NCBI RefSeq assembly: GCF_035285525.1
Contig: NZ_JAYKGW010000073.1
Location: 1-21,499 of the forward strand
Length of the DNA stretch: 21,499 nucleotides
Direction: 5' to 3'
Source: Okeania sp.
Lineage (GTDB): Bacteria; Cyanobacteriota; Cyanobacteriia; Cyanobacteriales; Microcoleaceae
Shown here: positions 1 through 6,042 of the stretch, in pieces
How positions within the stretch are numbered: position 1 is the first letter of the stretch
How the letters are laid out: each line of letters opens with the position of its first letter
The notes under the pieces: model-generated
What the model was told of the DNA's origin: nothing
The model's database searches: none
The model's input: only the letters and a program-made list of their open reading frames with translations
Translations under genes and position numbers: made by a program

Positions 1-39
1 CACGATTACATCCACATGGGTAAAAGGCCAAAAGCCTAA
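1..39 (+). CDS. Last 12 codons of the intron-encoded protein (reverse transcriptase/maturase), partial at the window edge
   Basis: The frame is open from nt 1: HDYIHMGKRPKA, stop TAA at 37-39. It ends 10 nt before domain V, where IEP ORFs housed in domain IV normally end. H-x2-IH-x-G resembles the end of the C-terminal CxxCHxxIH-type motif. Only 12 aa are visible. Confidence 0.4.
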   Translation, partial: HDYIHMGKRPKA

Positions 40-49
40 GATTATCTAG

Positions 50-83
50 GAGCCTATTGCGGTGAAAGTCGCACGATAGGTTC
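50..83 (+). ncRNA. Group II intron domain V (catalytic hairpin)
   Basis: GAGCCTATTGCGGTGAAAGTCGCACGATAGGTTC. It has the AGC triad at 51-53, lower stem GAGCCUAU/AUAGGUUC, upper stem GCGGU/GUCGC, a GAAA tetraloop and a 2-nt bulge on the 3' side. It matches the consensus GAGCCGUAUGCGAUGAAAGUCGCACGUACGGUUC almost base for base. Confidence 0.88.
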
Positions 84-160
84 TGAAGGAGAGGTGCGAG
101 GGATAATACCCTCCATCGACTCTAACAGATGAATAACTATTCACCCATACTAGCTTATAA

Positions 161-280
161 CCAAAAAATAAGCACAATAACCTCCCCTATTAAAGGGATA
201 AAACAATAAACTTCAGTATTTCCAGCCCCCGACTTTGGCTAGAGGTACTGATAACTGATAACTGATAACTGATAACTGAA
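161..280 (+). repeat. H7 element copy D: a ~120-nt repeat ending in (CTGATAA)4 CTGAA, directly abutting the accC ATG
   Basis: Aligns with copies at 2592-2844, 5452-5572 and 12806-12926 (CCAAAAAA..CAGTATTTCCAGCC..hairpin..heptamer array..CTGAAATG). The heptamer array is at 248-279. This is the most diverged copy in its 5' half. Confidence 0.7.
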
Positions 281-1636
281 ATGCGGTTCTCCAAAATCCT
301 CATAGCCAACCGAGGCGAAATAGCCCTACGCATTCTCCGCACCTGCGAAGAAATGGGCATAGCCACCATTGCCGTCCACTCAACCATAGACCACCAAGCC
401 CTTCATGTCCAACTAGCAGACGAAGCAGTTTGCATTGGTGAACCCACCAGTAGCAAAAGCTACCTCAATATTCCCAACATCATCTCGGCAGCTCTGACTC
501 GCGATGCTTCTGCCATCCATCCAGGTTATGGATTTCTGGCCGAAAATGCCCGATTTGCCGAAATCTGTGCTGACCATGATATTGCCTTTATTGGTCCATC
601 ACCAGAAGGTATGAGGGCGATGGGGGACAAATCTACAGCCAAAGAAACTATGCAAAAAGCTGGAGTTCCCACAGTCCCAGGAAGTGATGGTCTTCTCAAA
701 GACGAAAAAGAAGCAATGGCGATCGCCGCCAAAATTGGCTTTCCGGTAATGATTAAAGCTACTGCTGGAGGTGGAGGACGAGGGATGAGACTGGTACGCC
801 AAGTGGAGGACCTCTCCAAATTATTTCAAGCCGCCCAAGGAGAAGCAGAAGCAGCTTTTGGCAACCCAGGAGTTTACATAGAAAAATTTATTGAACGTCC
901 CCGTCATATAGAATTTCAAATCTTGGCAGACAGTTACGGTAATGTGATTCATTTGGGAGAAAGAGATTGTTCCATTCAACGTCGCCATCAAAAGTTGCTG
1001 GAAGAAGCTCCAAGTCCAGCATTAAATCCTAAACTTCGACAAAAAATGGGTGAAGCAGCGGTCAAGGCAGCCAAGTCTATCAATTATGTTGGTGCTGGTA
1101 CGGTGGAGTTTCTCTTAGATCATTCTGGTCAATTCTATTTTATGGAAATGAATACCAGGATTCAAGTAGAACATCCTGTCACAGAAGTAATTACAGGACT
1201 TGATTTAATTGCTGAACAAATTAAAATTGCCCAAGGGGAAAAATTAAAATTAACCCAAAAACAGGTCAACTTTAATGGTCATGCTATAGAATGTAGAATT
1301 AATGCGGAAGACCCAGACCACAATTTTCGCCCCAACCCAGGTCGTATTAGTGGATACTTACCACCAGGAGGTCCGGGAGTTAGAATGGATTCTCATGTTT
1401 ATACAGATTATGAGATTCCACCTTATTATGATTCTTTGATTGGTAAGTTAATAGTCTGGGGACACGACCGTCCTACTGCTATTCAGAGAATGAAACGCGC
1501 TCTTCGAGAATGTGCAGTGACAGGAGTTCCTACTACTATAGGTTTTCATCAAAGAATTTTAGAAACTTCTGAATTTCTTGATGGAGAAGTCTATACCAAT
1601 TTTATTGAAAATGTGATGAATCAACAAAGAAAGTGA
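281..1636 (+). CDS. accC: Acetyl-CoA carboxylase biotin carboxylase subunit
   Basis: 451-aa ORF. The N-terminus [18 protein letters not shown], the ATP-grasp motifs ([22 protein letters not shown]) and the length are typical of AccC. Confidence 0.97.
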   Translation: MRFSKILIANRGEIALRILRTCEEMGIATIAVHSTIDHQALHVQLADEAVCIGEPTSSKSYLNIPNIISAALTRDASAIHPGYGFLAENARFAEICADHDIAFIGPSPEGMRAMGDKSTAKETMQKAGVPTVPGSDGLLKDEKEAMAIAAKIGFPVMIKATAGGGGRGMRLVRQVEDLSKLFQAAQGEAEAAFGNPGVYIEKFIERPRHIEFQILADSYGNVIHLGERDCSIQRRHQKLLEEAPSPALNPKLRQKMGEAAVKAAKSINYVGAGTVEFLLDHSGQFYFMEMNTRIQVEHPVTEVITGLDLIAEQIKIAQGEKLKLTQKQVNFNGHAIECRINAEDPDHNFRPNPGRISGYLPPGGPGVRMDSHVYTDYEIPPYYDSLIGKLIVWGHDRPTAIQRMKRALRECAVTGVPTTIGFHQRILETSEFLDGEVYTNFIENVMNQQRK

Positions 1637-1638
1637 TT

Positions 1639-1678
1639 ATAACATAATTTGGCAAAAAGTTTGGTTAAATTATGTTAT
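1639..1678. repeat. Perfect 12-bp hairpin module immediately after the accC stop codon
   Basis: ATAACATAATTT (1639-1650) pairs with AAATTATGTTAT (1667-1678), with a 16-nt loop. A related hairpin recurs at about 1883-1927, again directly upstream of an M1 repeat end. There is no U-tract, so it is not a classical terminator. Confidence 0.6.
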
Positions 1679-1683
1679 GAGTT

Positions 1684-1885
1684 AACTAGGGCTGGCTGAT
1701 TAAATGTCAAAGCTTTTAGCTTTTTTTGTAAAACAAATTTCCTGGTTTTGAGCTTCTTTTAGTTTCAAAATAGTAAATTTTTGACCCTAACCATCAGAAA
1801 ATTTGGCTGTAGCAGATATTCTCAACTATTCCCTATTCCTTATTCCCTATTACCAGTATTAGACTTTTTCAGAAGCCTATAATTA
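1684..1885 (+). mobile_element. M1 MITE-like element (termini AACTAGGGYTKGCTGA ... TCAGMAAGCCYTAWWTT), complete copy
   Basis: The left end is AACTAGGGCTGGCTGATTAAAT. The right end is GACTTTTTCAGAAGCCTATAATTA, the inverted complement of the alternative left-end form CTAGGGTTTGCTGAAAAAGTC. It carries an internal (CTATTCC)4 array at 1826-1853. Confidence 0.65.
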
Positions 1886-1929
1886 TAACATGATTGGGCA
1901 AGAGGTTTGGTTAAATTATGTTATAAGTT

Positions 1930-2198
1930 AACTATGGCGGGCTTATTAAAGATGAAAGCCTTTACAGATAAACCTTTTCGCGTTTTTAGGTAGGTAAAAA
2001 GTACCAGCTTTTAAGTCTTGAAAGCTAAAAAATCTAGGATTTACGGTTCCCGAAAAATCAGCTAATTGTGGGAGAAAATCCAGGGATAACTCTTCCTCCT
2101 ACCTCTTATGTGATTTCCATTTCTCCTGGATTGCCGGATTGCTGGATTCTGACTCCTCCCCCTACCACTCATATTTTCCATACGCAAACCATAACTAG
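1930..2198 (+). mobile_element. M1 MITE-like element, complete copy
   Basis: The left end is AACTATGGCGGGCTTATTAAAG and the right end is CCATACGCAAACCATAACTAG. It has a subterminal octamer array (CYGGATTG)3 at 2126-2149. It also contains the TTACGGTTCCCGAAAAATCA motif seen at 5624, 10152 and 18665. Confidence 0.6.
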
Positions 2199-2430
2199 GA
2201 CTAGCTGATTAAATCTCAAAGTTTTTAAGTAGGTAGACAAAATTATTTGTATATCTGGACTGACGCAAAGGTACTATCTATAGCTATAGAGTTCAAAAAC
2301 TATTGTGCCATAGTTTTAAGCGCTATATGTAGCGTCACTGCGTAAGTCCTATGTATTTTAAATGTTGTCTATCCTTTGATATCTCTATGACCGCAGAGCC
2401 ATCAAAAATCCACAATTAATTCTGTCTAGG
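2193..2430 (+). mobile_element. M1-like element carrying a nested M5 element; the right end is poorly defined
   Basis: The left end AACTAGGACTAGCTGATTAAATC shares its AACTAG with the preceding copy. The internal arms GGTAGACAA and TTGTCTATCC flank the nested 93-bp element. Confidence 0.4.
2257..2349. mobile_element. M5 miniature palindromic element (TIR GGACTKACGCA)
   Basis: GGACTGACGCAAAGGTACTATCTATAGCTATAG ... CACTGCGTAAGTCC. The termini are inverted complements. A solo related end lies at 9250-9282. Confidence 0.65.
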
Positions 2431-2595
2431 TACTTACAAATAAAGGTTTTAGCTTTTGTATGTCAAAAAAATTTCTTGGTTTTTAACCCTTGTAGTTTCA
2501 AAATGCTAAAATTTTGACCCTAACCATCAGAAAATTTGGCTGTAGCAGATATTCTCAACTATTCCCAGTTAAGCGTTCCCTGTTCCCTATTACCA
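2426..2595 (+). repeat. M1 partial copy (left and central part) fused at its right side to H7 element copy A
   Basis: It is collinear with 1700-1855, including a 53-nt perfect match (2514-2566 equals 1781-1833). The expected right terminus is replaced by the H7 element. Confidence 0.55.
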
Positions 2596-2844
2596 AAAAA
2601 TTAGGTATAAAGCCTCACCTGTTAAGGGGATCAAAAAGTGGTCGTTTTCGGCCAATAGCCGACATTAAACCCTGGGCGACATGAAAAGCGGAGCTTCCCT
2701 GGGGGAAACGTTTCCCGCTTTTGCAGAGTCACTCCGAAGTACGCCATATCCAATCGACCAAGAGAAATGTTTAAATCAGTATTTCAAGCCTTCGACTTTT
2801 TGAGTCGAAGGTTCACTCTCTACTGATAACTGATAACTGATAAC
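2592..2844 (+). repeat. H7 element copy A, with a ~130-nt GC-richer internal insert and a (CTGATAA)3 tail
   Basis: The 5' part is CCAAAAAATTAGGTATAAAGCCTCACC. There is a perfect 9-bp hairpin, CCTTCGACT (2789-2797) with AGTCGAAGG (2803-2811). The heptamer array at 2823-2843 ends 3 nt before the ycf19 stop codon. Confidence 0.7.
2684..2722 (-). terminator. GC-rich stem-loop flanked by A4 and T4; candidate (bidirectional) intrinsic terminator downstream of ycf19
   Basis: AAAAGCGG ... CCGCTTTT encloses TTCCC/GGGAA pairings. On the minus strand it lies about 125 nt after the ycf19 stop and is followed by a U-run. Confidence 0.4.
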
Positions 2845-2846
2845 AA

Positions 2847-3131
2847 CTACATTATCATTGTTAACAAACCTTGCTGACCTAAAAGCATTTCTCGCAGTAA
2901 ACTGAAAATACCTACCCAAATAATTGGGCTAATATCTACTCCTCCCAAAGGAGGCACAATTTTTCTCGTGGGAGCTAAGAATGGTTCTGTCGGCCAAAAA
3001 ATCAAATTAAATGGAAATTGACGAATATTTACCTGGGGATACCATGTCAGAACAATTCGGAAGATAAACAGGAAAGTCATTAATCCCAGGATAATGCCTA
3101 GAGTCCAATTAACTAATGTCAAATAGTTCAT
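2847..3131 (-). CDS. ycf19: YGGT-family membrane protein (Ycf19-like)
   Basis: 94-aa ORF. RIVLTWYPQ ... TEPFLAPTRKIVPPLGGVDISPI is the YGGT signature, and the size is typical of cyanobacterial or plastid Ycf19. Confidence 0.85.
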   Translation of the reverse strand: MNYLTLVNWTLGIILGLMTFLFIFRIVLTWYPQVNIRQFPFNLIFWPTEPFLAPTRKIVPPLGGVDISPIIWVGIFSLLREMLLGQQGLLTMIM

Positions 3132-3246
3132 AAAATCTAGTAAAAATTAACTTTTGTAAATAAAATCAATAAATATTCATTGTATTGCAAATTATTAAAC
3201 CAGACTAATATTCTGAAAACTTGAAACTGAATCTATATTTTATAAT

Positions 3247-3310
3247 TACTAGGGTTTGCTGATGGAAGTCTTTTTTTTAAAGGCAGAGAGTTTAGGCAAA
3301 GGGAAGATGC
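3247..3310 (+). repeat. M1 left-end fragment
   Basis: TACTAGGGTTTGCTGATGGAAGTCTTTTTTTTAAAGGCAGAGAG aligns with the left ends at 5297, 5704, 9291 and 10281. Confidence 0.45.
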
Positions 3311-3376
3311 CAATTAATGATAGATTAATATTGAGAATAAAAAGAAATCAATTTTTGTAACAAAGGGTAATAATTT

Positions 3377-3496
3377 ATGACTCCTTCCTTATCAAACTTC
3401 TTATTGAGTCTGTTGGCCGGAACTTTAATTGTAGTAATTCCAGCTACAGTTTTTCTGATATTCGTCAGCCAAAAAGACAAAGTTACTCGTTCCTAG
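3377..3496 (+). CDS. psbX: Photosystem II reaction centre protein X
   Basis: 39-aa ORF not in the supplied track: [39 protein letters not shown]. It is collinear with cyanobacterial PsbX as I recall it (MTPSL.NF...IPATV.LIF.SQKDK.TRS). ATG at 3377, TAG at 3494-3496. Confidence 0.9.
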   Translation: MTPSLSNFLLSLLAGTLIVVIPATVFLIFVSQKDKVTRS

Positions 3497-3690
3497 ACTC
3501 AAAGGTTGATTACCATTAACCTAGAAAACTTTCTTCTATAAAATGGTAAAAATGGTAGTGGTATACAAGTAGTGATATTTGGATAAGAAGGTTAAGTAGG
3601 AGTCCGAAAGTATTCTTTTGATACCTAAAGTTTAAATATTTTTCTTCTACCTATTCCTTTCCTCAATTCTAAATCACTACCTTTATTGCA

Positions 3691-3758
3691 AACCTCAGCT
3701 AAAGTAAAGGGGAGACATCGATCAAACTGTCCAACCCCGACAAACTGAGGTTTTTTTG
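3691..3758 (+). terminator. Long interrupted stem-loop followed by T7; candidate intrinsic terminator of the psbX transcript, or the 3' end of a small RNA
   Basis: The outer stem AACCTCAG (3691-3698) pairs with CTGAGGTT (3745-3752). There is an inner GGGGAGAC / GTCCAACCCC pairing, then TTTTTTT at 3751-3757. Confidence 0.5.
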
Positions 3759-3819
3759 TTAGATTAAGTAAAGATTCTTAACCAAAACAGCTAACTTGTG
3801 ACTGACTAGGAGATTTATA

Positions 3820-4692
3820 ATGGTAAATTTAGGATTTGGGTTTCAGGCTTTAATGGGAGTAATTCTAGCCTTATCTGGGGCTGGCCTCTACTTTTTACGC
3901 ACATGGCGTCCAAAATTAGCCAGAGATCATGATATTTTCTTTGCCGCAATTGGTCTATTATCTGGAGGTATATTAATATTTCAAGGCTGGCGACTAGACC
4001 CAATTTTAGCTTTTGGTCAGTTCTTATTAACTGGTACTACTATATTTTTTGCAGCAGAAGCCATAAGTTTAAGGGGACTAACAACTCAGCAAGCTAGAGA
4101 ACGTACACCTGTGGTAGATGAAGAACGCTCAGTTAGTTCTGTTTATAGTTATGCAGAAACAGAGTTTGACGAACTAGAACCTTATGAGGAATATCCTACC
4201 AAACGTCGGATCAGAGGAAGTGAAGATTATCGTTCGTCTAAAGCAGATTATTATGAAGATGAATACCGTCGTCCTCCTAGTCGTAGAAGTAATTATGATA
4301 GATCGGAAAAATTACGCAAGCGTGGTACTCGTCCAGAAGATTATCCAAGGTCATCTGAAGATTGGGAAACTCCTGTAGAGTCAGAAAATAGACGACCTCG
4401 CTCTCGTAGTCGGGATAATTTTAGAGATGAGAATGTTCAGGATAATAGATCATCTCGTTATAATAGTCGATATAGTCAGGAAACTGCAACTGATGAAGAA
4501 AGAGGATATCGTAGTCGAGGTGGTCGTTCTACTTCTATAGAAGGTTCCTCAGAAGAAAGACTTCCTAGAACTAGGAAAGTTCCTCCTTCTGAAGCATCAT
4601 CTTCTGGTAGAGAAGTAACTCCTACAGAATATGTGGAGTATACTCCTATGGACTCTGCTGATTCTGATGTTGATAATTCTAAAAACTATTAA
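3820..4692 (+). CDS. ycf66: Ycf66-family membrane protein with a long charged low-complexity C-terminal tail
   Basis: The N-terminal ~85 aa match the Ycf66 domain pattern (MVNLGFG..GAGLYFLR..RP.LARD.DIFFAAIGLL.GGIL.FQGWRLDPIL.FGQFLLTGTT.FFA). The remaining ~200 aa are rich in R, S, E, D and Y. Confidence 0.8.
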   Translation: MVNLGFGFQALMGVILALSGAGLYFLRTWRPKLARDHDIFFAAIGLLSGGILIFQGWRLDPILAFGQFLLTGTTIFFAAEAISLRGLTTQQARERTPVVDEERSVSSVYSYAETEFDELEPYEEYPTKRRIRGSEDYRSSKADYYEDEYRRPPSRRSNYDRSEKLRKRGTRPEDYPRSSEDWETPVESENRRPRSRSRDNFRDENVQDNRSSRYNSRYSQETATDEERGYRSRGGRSTSIEGSSEERLPRTRKVPPSEASSSGREVTPTEYVEYTPMDSADSDVDNSKNY

Positions 4693-5012
4693 TACCAGTG
4701 GGGATGATGTAGAGATAGTTATTTTTATTAGGTATTTTATTGCCAGAGTTAAAGATAAAAATTTCTAGTTTTTTCATTTCTTTGAGATATAGATATAACT
4801 GTGAAAAATTAAAATACTTTACTGCACTGCTGCTAATTATGAGTTACTAAAAAGATAGATTATATATAAGAATCATCTTTTATTCGTTTCGGAAATAAAT
4901 ATTATTTTCCCTTTTTGGAAGATGATTTTATTCAAATTACAACCTGATCTAGTGTAATAAAAACTTATTTTATATAATAGCTTAAGCTTATTTTCCAGCA
5001 ATTAACAATGAA

Positions 5013-5172
5013 AAATTAATAATTAATAATTACCCATTTTTAAAAGAAGGGGATTGGCTAAAAGGAAAATTTTTTATTTATCCCTTTAAGGCTTTAAATC
5101 TGAATTGTTGAATGAATAATTATTGACTATAAACTCTTGATTATTGATTATTAACTATTAATTATTAATTGT
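5013..5172 (+). mobile_element. M2 MITE-like element whose inverted termini are AT-only heptamer arrays
   Basis: The left array ATTAATAATTAATAATTA (5015-5032) is the inverted complement of the right array (5138-5170). The core GGGGATTGGCTAAAAGGAAAATTTTTT is shared with copies at 17301, 11166, 8829 and 14399. Confidence 0.65.
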
Positions 5173-5296
5173 TTGGTAATACTATTGTCAGCATTTCATG
5201 CGGAATGCTTACATACTTTTTTTTTCACCCTTAGTTAAGTTAAGACGCATTTAAAATGTGTCTTAGCAAGTCAAAAGTAATAAGAATAAAATTCTT

Positions 5297-5451
5297 AACT
5301 AGGGTTTGTCTATGGAAAGTCTTTTTGCTCTTGGTAGGGAGTATGTAGGGAAGTTGCATGCCAGGTCTTTACAGAATTAGGATTTACGGCAGTTCTAGAA
5401 GAGGTGGTCATTCATATACAATTACTGCTTAGTTTTTTGATCATAATATTA
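5297..5451 (+). repeat. M1 partial copy (left part) fused to H7 element copy B
   Basis: AACTAGGGTTTGTCTATGGAAAGTCTTTTTGCTCTTGGTAGGGAG, the same arrangement as at 2426-2595 and 12731-12805. Confidence 0.55.
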
Positions 5452-5572
5452 CCTAAAAAAAGAGGTATAAAGCCTGCCTTGGTTCGGGGATGAAAAAATT
5501 TTAACTTAGTATTTCAAGTCTCCGAACTTAGTTGGAGGTTAACTGATAACTGATAACTGATAACTGAAATGA
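5452..5572 (+). repeat. H7 element copy B (compact ~120-nt form)
   Basis: CCTAAAAAAAGAGGTATAAAGCCTGCCTTGGTTCGGGGATGAAAAAATTTTAACTTAGTATTTCAAG, then a hairpin at 5520-5537, then (CTGATAA)3 at 5543-5563, then CTGAAATGA. Confidence 0.75.
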
Positions 5573-5574
5573 CC

Positions 5575-5709
5575 CCGTTTAAGCTCACTTTTTCTTCTCC
5601 ATTAACCGAAAAGCTGGTACTTTTACGGTTCCCAATAAATGAGTACCTAAAATTATTCAAACTTTTATTGAATAGTGCTTTGATATTTAATCAGCAGAGC
5701 AATAACTAG
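5575..5709 (-). repeat. M1 partial copy in inverse orientation
   Basis: It ends with ATTTAATCAGCAGAGCAATAACTAG. The internal AAAAGCTGGTACTTTTACGGTTCCC is the reverse complement of the AAAAGTACCAGCTTTT segment of the copy at 1930-2198. Confidence 0.5.
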
Positions 5710-5951
5710 AGTTTGCTGAAAAGGTCTTTTTCTTAAGGTAGGGAGGTAGTCTTTATAATATTCCCCTTGATTTTTGTGCCTCACGTTATCCCAAAATACT
5801 TACTTTTTGAGCTTTTTCCAGGTAAGCATTTAGCTGTTAGCGTTCACCTTTCAGCAAACTTTATCTAAGATGAATGCTTAATTTTTCAGAGCTAAAAAGA
5901 CTCTTTTTTTCTGTCAATACTTTTAGACTTAATCAGCAGAGCAATAACTAG
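5704..5951 (+). mobile_element. M1 MITE-like element, complete copy
   Basis: The left end is AACTAGAGTTTGCTGAAAAGGTC and the right end is GACTTAATCAGCAGAGCAATAACTAG (inverted complement). The left AACTAG is shared with the preceding inverse copy. Confidence 0.65.
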
Positions 5952-6042
5952 GTACACAAAAAATATATAGTTTAAATACAAAACAGTTGATAACTAAAAA
6001 AAATAGCAATCTAATATTACATATTAAATTCTACAAGCAAAA

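Larger units (their letters stand above)
1..126 (+). mobile_element. 3' terminal part of a group II intron: end of the IEP ORF, domain V, domain VI and a predicted 3' splice site after C126. The 5' part lies outside the window.
   Basis: Canonical 34-nt domain V at 50-83. It is followed by a domain VI-like helix at 88-123 (core G98-G102 pairs with C109-C113, loop ATAATA). A119 is unpaired 7 nt before an AC dinucleotide at 125-126, the usual branch-point to 3' splice-site geometry. Confidence 0.75.

Noticed and set aside
248-279. Tandem CTGATAA repeats, and the other short arrays at 2823, 5543, 8829, 11217 and 17301, considered as a possible CRISPR array
   Set aside because: The period is 7 nt with no unique spacers, the arrays are only 20 to 40 nt long, and no cas genes are present. 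These are STRR-like microsatellite arrays, not CRISPR.
190-387. 65-aa minus-strand ORF overlapping the accC start
   Set aside because: It is antisense to the strongly supported accC and to the H7 repeat, and its composition is unconvincing.
526-819. Minus-strand ORFs 526-819 and 599-802
   Set aside because: They lie entirely antisense within accC. Their P/S-rich low-complexity translations are typical of antisense frames.
2681-2806. 41-aa ORF (MKSGASLGETFPAFAESLRSTPYPIDQEK...) in the GC-richer insert of H7 copy A
   Set aside because: It has no RBS and overlaps the terminator-like hairpin and a dispersed 20-mer repeat. No family resemblance was recognised.
3815-4378. ORFs 3815-4003 (-) and 4184-4378 (+)
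   Set aside because: Both are embedded in or antisense to the ycf66-like CDS, whose own frame has a conserved domain. Neither has independent support.
5481-5491. GGTTCGGGGAT (also at 12837-12847) considered as a tRNA T-arm or tRNA-derived element
   Set aside because: No acceptor stem, D-arm or anticodon arm can be drawn around it. I found no tRNA, rRNA, tmRNA or RNase P-like sequence anywhere in the window.
5569-5709. 46-aa ORF starting at the terminal ATG of H7 copy B, and a 29-aa ORF from the ATG of copy C at 12923
   Set aside because: Both run only through adjacent repeat sequence. The two translations are unrelated to each other, so the repeat ATG is not heading a conserved peptide.
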